A DNA stretch of 64,000 bases from an uncultured Prevotellaceae bacterium (lineage in GTDB: Bacteria > Bacteroidota > Bacteroidia > Bacteroidales > Bacteroidaceae): contig CAMKEM010000008.1 of NCBI GenBank assembly GCA_946411565.1, positions 1,160 through 65,159 on the forward strand, in the 5' to 3' direction. The translations under genes were made by a program, and so were the position numbers. This document shows, one piece after another, positions 57,589 to 64,000 of this stretch; position 1 is the stretch's first letter, and every line of letters starts with the position of its first letter. The notes under the pieces were generated by a model. That model searched no databases and was not told where the DNA came from. It was given only the letters and a program-made list of their open reading frames with translations.

Positions 57589-60515
57589 TACTTCCGTCTT
57601 CCGCATATCGCCGCATACGCGCACCTTCCGCATTGATCTGCGTTCTGTGTAGCAGCGAACGGACGGGAATAATCGTATATCTCCTTCAGTACGCGGATGA
57701 AACCATCGTTGTATTCATTGGCAAGATCCTTGATATCCGTGATTTTCTCCTTGTCAATCTTCAGTACTGGGTCGTAACCGTCTGCATTGGAACGGTGAGG
57801 GTAGAGAAGGGCAGGAACGACAGGATATGTGCCGTTCTGTGGCTCGCCTTGCATTGGGAGGGCAAGGATGCGTGAGTAGAGAAGAGTCTGGAGATAATAG
57901 TCGGTGTGAGCATTTGAATTAGCGGCTTCGGAAGTGAAGATGTCGCAAACTTCCTTCACGTTGCCAGGCATACGAGAGCCAGTCTTATAGTCAACGACAC
58001 GCATCTGAAGGTGTCCGTCTTCGTTCTTTACAATATCGAGACGGTCGATGATTCCTTTGATTTTCAGAGTGCGAGAGCCACGGTCGGTATCGAAGGTGAT
58101 GGAGTCGTAGATTTTCTTCTCTACATCTACAATAGTTATCGGACAGTTCTTCTTGTCGTATTCAAGAAGCTGTCGCAGCATTTTCCTTATTATTTCGCGA
58201 TGAATGAGCTGGGTGCCGTCGAGTGTCGGCATCGGACGTTTCTTTGCCTCTTCATCCTTTAGAGAGAACAGCTCTTCCTTGAAGCCCTCGTCTATTGCAC
58301 GTTCTATTATGGATGGATCCTTGAGCATACCGTCTATAATGGATTCGGTTACGCTCCTACCCTTGAAAGGAGCATAGAGGATTTCGGCAGCCTTATGGAA
58401 AACGAGACCGAAGACGCGGTTGTCCATTTCCTCCTCGTCGCTTTCGGTGTTATCGTTGATTCCGCATACGAACCTGTAGAAATACTGCAACTGGCAGCGT
58501 AGGTATGTGTTTACGGCTGTCGGTGAAATGGAGCTTTCCTGCTCCATCTTTTCGATGACTTCTTTGTTTTTCTGCACATCGCATCGCTCCGTCTTGCCAA
58601 CGAGTAGGGATGATGTCATCTCGGCAATGTTAATCTTCAGGTCGGATTCAGCGATGAGTTGCATCATGAAGCGCGACATCTCGTTTGTCTTGGTGTCGTT
58701 TGTGGAGTTGTTGTAGGTGATGGATACATCGGTAGCCCTCTGCATCATGCGGTGGAAGTAATACGCATAGATTGCGATTTTGTTCTCAATGGTAGTGAGA
58801 CCGTAGGCGCGACGTATTACGTGAGGGATGAATGAAGAGTCGTTTACGCTCTTCGGGATATTACCCTCGTTGGCAGAGAGAATGAGCATGTGGTCGAAAT
58901 CGAGGTTACGGGTTTCGAGTACACCCATTACCTGAATACCGATGATAGGCTCGCCGTGGAATGGCACGGATGTGGAGCGTATGATCTGGTTGAGAATGCC
59001 TTGCAGGGATGAATCGCTTACGATGAGTTCGTCGGAAATGATGAGCGTGCTGACGCGATTCATTATCTGGTACATACGGTAAAGCGATTCCTGCATCAGA
59101 GGATCAGGCTTGGTGCAGTTGGTTGCTATGCGATGTATTGCCTTTGATATGCACGTTATGATGTCGAGACAGCGCAGGCGTTGTGCTTCAAGCGGAGTTG
59201 CTGCCTCGTCGTGGTGGCTTATAGGAGTGAAGATATTTGCAAGGTGCTCGTCAAGGGATAGTTCCTCGATAGTAGGGTAGAACACCTTCTTTTTCTCATC
59301 GTTAAGCTCGACGGTCAGTTTTTCTGCATTATCAGATATGTATTTCATATACGGATGATGCAGGATTGTGTTCACCTGATGTAGGCGTAAAGCACCCTTG
59401 ATGCGAGAAGAACCGCGCTGCTTGAGGATGAAAATCTGCTTTACGAGCGTTGCAATGAGAGTCTGCTGAAGAGGGTAACCCGATGTGATGTTGATGTCCT
59501 TAACGCTATCATGAAGGGCATGGAGTACGGTAGGGAGCAGTTTCTCGTCGCAAAGTACGATTGCCGTGCGTTTGCCTGCCTTTATGCGCTCTTCCGTTAG
59601 CCATTGGCTTACATATCGTGCCTGAACATCTTCGGTGGATGCGGAGATATAGGTAATGCCCGGCTTGTTTTTAAAGTTATCGAAAGCCTCAGGGAGCGTT
59701 ATCTCATTAGGGAAAGCAGAGAGATACGACTTGATGTAGCGTCCAGCCTCATTGCCGTCTGCCATGTAGTAGTTGTCGTAATCCCAATAGAATGTAGCCT
59801 TACCCTCGCGCTTCAGGTATGCCATAAGTTCCTGTTCTACGGGTTGGATAAGGTTGAAGCCTACGAACAAGTAATGGTTGTTGGGTGTTAGGTGGTGGGT
59901 GTTGGCGGTTGCGGTCTTTAGTTCCTCGGCAACATCGCGGTATAGCATACCCTCGTATGCGATGCCTTGGGCACGGAGACTGTCACGGAAGGATGTGTAG
60001 ATGTTTCCGAGGTTGTTCCATAGCTGTGCGAAGTTTTGCTTTACCTTAGAGTCATCATCGCTGAAGTTGGAGAAGAAACGCTTCAGGGCTTCCTTCTGGT
60101 CTTCAGATAGATAGTCGGCACTATCATACGAGTGAATTTCATCGGTGTTTTCGAAGATATGCTCAGCATCACCCATGTTCTTGTCGAGGTCATCGAAATC
60201 GGATAGCATGAGTTCGCCCCAACCGTAGAAATCATCGAGGGATTCGGTAGTTCCGGTCTTTTCTGCGTAATGCTTGTATAGTTCGCATACGAGTTTTATC
60301 TGGTCGGCAACTACGAGCTGGCTTTGAGAGCGGAAGAGCTCGCTAATGGTCATATACTTAGGACTCCATACAGGCTTGCCGTCGGAGAGCTTTATTAATT
60401 CCTCGTTGAGGAAAAGGGATGCTCGCTTGTTTGGGAATACGACAATAATCTCGGATAGGTTAGTGCCGTACTTAGCGAGTATATCTTGTGCTACTATGTT
60501 CAGGAAAGATGGCAT
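57588..60515 (-). CDS. AddB-like PD-(D/E)XK nuclease
   Basis: VFPNKRA, VMGVLETR, ISPTAVNTYLRC, GIIDRLD, VVDYKTG and terminal C..C....C. Confidence 0.88.
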   Translation of the reverse strand: MPSFLNIVAQDILAKYGTNLSEIIVVFPNKRASLFLNEELIKLSDGKPVWSPKYMTISELFRSQSQLVVADQIKLVCELYKHYAEKTGTTESLDDFYGWGELMLSDFDDLDKNMGDAEHIFENTDEIHSYDSADYLSEDQKEALKRFFSNFSDDDSKVKQNFAQLWNNLGNIYTSFRDSLRAQGIAYEGMLYRDVAEELKTATANTHHLTPNNHYLFVGFNLIQPVEQELMAYLKREGKATFYWDYDNYYMADGNEAGRYIKSYLSAFPNEITLPEAFDNFKNKPGITYISASTEDVQARYVSQWLTEERIKAGKRTAIVLCDEKLLPTVLHALHDSVKDINITSGYPLQQTLIATLVKQIFILKQRGSSRIKGALRLHQVNTILHHPYMKYISDNAEKLTVELNDEKKKVFYPTIEELSLDEHLANIFTPISHHDEAATPLEAQRLRCLDIITCISKAIHRIATNCTKPDPLMQESLYRMYQIMNRVSTLIISDELIVSDSSLQGILNQIIRSTSVPFHGEPIIGIQVMGVLETRNLDFDHMLILSANEGNIPKSVNDSSFIPHVIRRAYGLTTIENKIAIYAYYFHRMMQRATDVSITYNNSTNDTKTNEMSRFMMQLIAESDLKINIAEMTSSLLVGKTERCDVQKNKEVIEKMEQESSISPTAVNTYLRCQLQYFYRFVCGINDNTESDEEEMDNRVFGLVFHKAAEILYAPFKGRSVTESIIDGMLKDPSIIERAIDEGFKEELFSLKDEEAKKRPMPTLDGTQLIHREIIRKMLRQLLEYDKKNCPITIVDVEKKIYDSITFDTDRGSRTLKIKGIIDRLDIVKNEDGHLQMRVVDYKTGSRMPGNVKEVCDIFTSEAANSNAHTDYYLQTLLYSRILALPMQGEPQNGTYPVVPALLYPHRSNADGYDPVLKIDKEKITDIKDLANEYNDGFIRVLKEIYDYSRPFAATQNADQCGRCAYAAICGRRK

Positions 60516-60604
60516 TTTCAATTAACAATTAACAATTAACAATTAACAAGGGGCTGGCGCGAATGGGGGGGATGCTATCTACATCCCACTTTCCCCTTTC
60601 CACT

Positions 60605-63600
60605 TTATACTTTTTCTATCTCATCGATATTAACGTACCAGAGATAGCCTTTAACGTTAGGGTAGCCCATTTGCTGCATGAGGTTCATATAGCGTTGTAC
60701 CTGCTTTGCGTAGGCGGCATTCTTGTGTCCGAACTTATAGTCGATTACTATAGTCTCGTTGCCGTCGGTTATTATGCGGTCAGGACGGTCTTCCACTATT
60801 TTACCATTCTTAAGCTGCATGATATTGCACTCATTGAATACCGTCCATTTGTCGGAGAACCAAGAAGATACGGTTGCGCTACTGAACTTTTGCTTTAACT
60901 CATTGCGAAGTTCCTCTGCACTTATCGTTTCATCGTATATCACACCGTCAAACTCGAACTGACGCAGTTCCTTGTCGATGTCGGCAGTGGTGTGGATGCG
61001 AGAGAAGAGCATGTGCATGATAGAGCCCATAGTGGTGTATCGCTTGCTGTCTTCATCGTCAAGCGTATCGGCTGCAAATTCGCGGCTCTTGTTACTCTGA
61101 CGAAAAGATATATTCTCAGAATTGTAGCTTTCAACGCTTACAGGGATAGCCGTTGGAGTGCGCTCGAATACGTTATCTGATTCCTTGCCCTTTTCCTCCT
61201 TGTTCTCGAAATAATGCTCTCCGAAGGTGAAGATGGAAGGAGAGGCATTTTCTTGGTCTTCCTCGGATGTGTTGTCCTCGAAAGAACAGCCTTCAAGTTC
61301 GTTGGAATCGGCAATTCTGCGCAAAGCATCGATAAGTGCGTATGAACGGTTATCTTCCTTCGCATATTGACTGCCAATTACGAAGAGAGAGCGTCCTGCG
61401 CGTGTGAACGCCACATAGAGAAGGTTGAGGTTATCAACGATGCCCTGCATCCATTCCTCTATGCCGTAAGGCTCGTAAATGGAGCTCTGTAGGCTTGTAC
61501 GGCTTGTATAGTCAACAGGGATGAAAGGAAGGTCGGAGAACGGTTCTTCCTTGATTGTGCACCAAAGCGTCTCTGTATGTCGTGATGCCATATTCCAGTT
61601 ACAGAAAGGCATTGCGAGGTGCTTGAACTCAAGTCCCTTACTCTTGTGTATGGTAATGATGCGAATACTGTCGCCACTTCCAACGGATATTGCCTTGCTA
61701 TGGAGTTCGCTATCCCAATAGTCAAGGAATTCCTCGATTGTGGCAATGTTGTCCTCCATGTATTTCTTCAGACCATCGAAGAAAGCCGTTGCGTATGGAG
61801 CCTGACCTTCGAGTTTGGAGAGGCTGAGCATACGGTAAATGTACTCAGAAAGCTCGTAGAGCGACATTGAGCGCATCTGTTCTATTGCCTCCTCGCTTGA
61901 TATTTCCTTTGGAAGATAAGTCTGGAAAGCGTTTTCTGATGTGAGTATGCTACCGTCCGTAAGGTCTTCGCGAAGGATATAGGCGATATAAAGCTTAACG
62001 AGCGTTATTTCCGCCTGTTTATCGTTGGCATTGCGAAGAAGACGTAGCATTGAGATGATCATTGTTACCAATGGGGAAGCTTCAAGAGTGAATGCCTGTT
62101 CAGAGACGATGCTCAGTTCTGGTGCGTTTTCTGCGAAATACTGGGCAATATCCGAAGCCTCATGGTTGAAACGGACGAGTATGGCAATATCGCTTGGCTT
62201 GACTCCCTGCGTTATAAGGCTTTGTATATAGTCGAGTGTGCGTATCTTTGCCGCCTCAACGAAAGCGCCACGTTCTTCTGGGAGCAGTTCCACACGTACA
62301 AGACCACGGCTTGGCTTGAATGCAGGAATATCCTGTGCCACATCGTCGTATGCATGGCGTAATGCCTCTGCGTAGGTATTCATCTGTTGTGCAGCCTCGA
62401 CAGAAAGGTTGTTGGCTTCAATGAATTCCTGCTGTTCCATTGCCCCCCGTGGCATAATGCTGTCAGCTTCAATACTGCATACCTGTCTAAAAAAGTTATT
62501 GTTGAACGAAATGATGTTACGTTCTGAACGCCAGTTTGTTGCAAGTGGCTTAATCTTTATCATTCCGTTTCCGAACTCCTGCTCGATACCATTGAGCAAT
62601 CGCCAGTCTCCAGAACGGAAACGGTATATGCTCTGCTTCACATCGCCCACTATAAGGTTGTTTATCGCACCCTCGTTCTGAGGATTGTCTTCGTTTCCTG
62701 CCATGCAGTTTTCTAGTAGTACCTTGAAGTTATTCCACTGCACGGTACTCGTGTCCTGGAACTCATCAATCATGATGTGCTGGAGGTAAGCTCCTATCTT
62801 TTCGTAGATGAATGGAGCGATGTTGGTATCCTCCTGTATCATCTGACTAAGCACCATCTGAGTGTTGGAGAGCATAAAGCGCGCATTATCCTTGTTAAGT
62901 CTATCCATTTCCTCACGGATGCTGAACAACAGGCGCATCTTATTGATGTTCTTCAATGTGATGATGGCAGAACGTACTTTCGGCTCTTCAGCCTGGCGTT
63001 GGGCCTCTATCTCTTTGAGATATGGTATGAACTGGCTTCCTGCTAAAGATATTATCTGACTCGCTTTAGCTTTATTTTTCTTTGAGTAATCATTTGATAC
63101 CCATTTCTTTGGATCATTCATGGCATCCTTAACACGTGAGCCGACCATGGATTCCTTTATTCCTATATCGCCATTCTTGAGTTTGAGGAAGTAACCTGCA
63201 ACGCCATTCTTTCCATAAGCGAGATCTGTGACGTTGTAGCCGGCGTTTGAGAGCATCGTGAGGAAATACTCGCCACACTCCTTGAAATGAGTCTCAGCGC
63301 CCTTAATTATGGCTGTCATCGCCTTTTTATAGCGTGAGAAGAAATCCTTGTCGTTCGCGATGGACTTCAGAAGGTGCTCATTGCTCTTGAAGAACTCCTT
63401 GCTGAGATTCATTCCGAATGACTTCACCTCGCCTGTGATATCCCACGACTTCTGGGCGTCCATCCTCTCGTTAACATACTCGATAATCCACGACATAAGA
63501 GCCTTGTCCTTGTCGAGTGTCTCCATTATGGAGTCAACTGCCTCGGAAATAACCTGACTATCGTTGAGGGATATGCGGAGGTTGTTGCCAAGACCGAGTT

Positions 63601-63967
63601 CCTTCACCATATTGCGGAGTATGCTCTGGAAGAAGGCATCAATGGTCTGAACACGGAACTGGTTGTAGTTGTGCAGGAGGTAATGAAGCGCGATGTCTGC
63701 GTTCTTGCGCACGAAATCCTCGGAAACATCGAGTTCCTTCGTTATCTTGTTAAGATAGGAATCGCTGCTTTTGAGATTATGAGAAAGTCCGTATAGTTGG
63801 CTAACTATACGATGCTTCATCTCTTCCGTGGCTTTGTTTGTAAAGGTTACGGCAAGGATATTCTCATATTTGCGGGGATTTAGAATGAGCAGTTTGATAA
63901 ATTCTACGGCAAGAGTGAATGTCTTACCGCTGCCTGCACTGGCCTTATAGACTGTTAAGGGATGCAT
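60605..63967 (-). CDS. AddA-like UvrD helicase-nuclease
   Basis: ASAGSGKT, IDEFQDTS, VGDVKQSIYRFR, TIHKSKGLEF, YVAFTRA and IDYKFG. Confidence 0.92.
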   Translation of the reverse strand: MHPLTVYKASAGSGKTFTLAVEFIKLLILNPRKYENILAVTFTNKATEEMKHRIVSQLYGLSHNLKSSDSYLNKITKELDVSEDFVRKNADIALHYLLHNYNQFRVQTIDAFFQSILRNMVKELGLGNNLRISLNDSQVISEAVDSIMETLDKDKALMSWIIEYVNERMDAQKSWDITGEVKSFGMNLSKEFFKSNEHLLKSIANDKDFFSRYKKAMTAIIKGAETHFKECGEYFLTMLSNAGYNVTDLAYGKNGVAGYFLKLKNGDIGIKESMVGSRVKDAMNDPKKWVSNDYSKKNKAKASQIISLAGSQFIPYLKEIEAQRQAEEPKVRSAIITLKNINKMRLLFSIREEMDRLNKDNARFMLSNTQMVLSQMIQEDTNIAPFIYEKIGAYLQHIMIDEFQDTSTVQWNNFKVLLENCMAGNEDNPQNEGAINNLIVGDVKQSIYRFRSGDWRLLNGIEQEFGNGMIKIKPLATNWRSERNIISFNNNFFRQVCSIEADSIMPRGAMEQQEFIEANNLSVEAAQQMNTYAEALRHAYDDVAQDIPAFKPSRGLVRVELLPEERGAFVEAAKIRTLDYIQSLITQGVKPSDIAILVRFNHEASDIAQYFAENAPELSIVSEQAFTLEASPLVTMIISMLRLLRNANDKQAEITLVKLYIAYILREDLTDGSILTSENAFQTYLPKEISSEEAIEQMRSMSLYELSEYIYRMLSLSKLEGQAPYATAFFDGLKKYMEDNIATIEEFLDYWDSELHSKAISVGSGDSIRIITIHKSKGLEFKHLAMPFCNWNMASRHTETLWCTIKEEPFSDLPFIPVDYTSRTSLQSSIYEPYGIEEWMQGIVDNLNLLYVAFTRAGRSLFVIGSQYAKEDNRSYALIDALRRIADSNELEGCSFEDNTSEEDQENASPSIFTFGEHYFENKEEKGKESDNVFERTPTAIPVSVESYNSENISFRQSNKSREFAADTLDDEDSKRYTTMGSIMHMLFSRIHTTADIDKELRQFEFDGVIYDETISAEELRNELKQKFSSATVSSWFSDKWTVFNECNIMQLKNGKIVEDRPDRIITDGNETIVIDYKFGHKNAAYAKQVQRYMNLMQQMGYPNVKGYLWYVNIDEIEKV

Positions 63968-64000
63968 GTCGTTTGAGATTAAAGAATAAAGATTAGAGGG

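Noticed and set aside
60520..60549. AATTAAC x4 and similar 7-8 nt intergenic tandem repeats (about 3020-3060 and 55015-55046)
   Set aside because: Common Bacteroidales intergenic low-complexity repeats; no evidence of phase-variable function.

Overview
Bacteroidales (Prevotella-like) chromosomal window. Most of it is an apparently complete Mu-like transposable prophage (3285..44511, about 41.2 kb). Its ends read 5'-TAT...ATA-3', are flanked by a 4-bp CAAC duplication, and carry repeated AAAACGAA(AT/GC)GTT sites. The prophage encodes a repressor, DDE transposase, MuB-like ATPase, Gam, an inverted terminase-portal-MuF module, capsid, lysis genes and a siphovirus-type tail. A diversity-generating retroelement (VR 39883..40003, TR 40230..40350, RT 40551..41855, no recognisable avd) targets a 2301-aa tail/adhesin protein. 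The right end carries an adenine methylase and a thymidylate-synthase homologue with the Asn-to-Asp specificity change. Three frameshift signals are visible: portal to MuF (-1), tail chaperone (-1) and spanin-like lipoprotein (+1 at CCC-TAA). A promoter plus hairpin RNA converges on the toxin-like tip of MuF. The host flanks are repeat-rich: two WG-repeat paralogues, two REPIN-like families, and five copies of a ~40-bp motif around a 42-bp perfect AT palindrome and a DUF3987-like ATPase gene. Core genes follow (OmpP1/FadL-like, prmA, addAB-like). All family assignments come from motif recognition by eye, not database searches.
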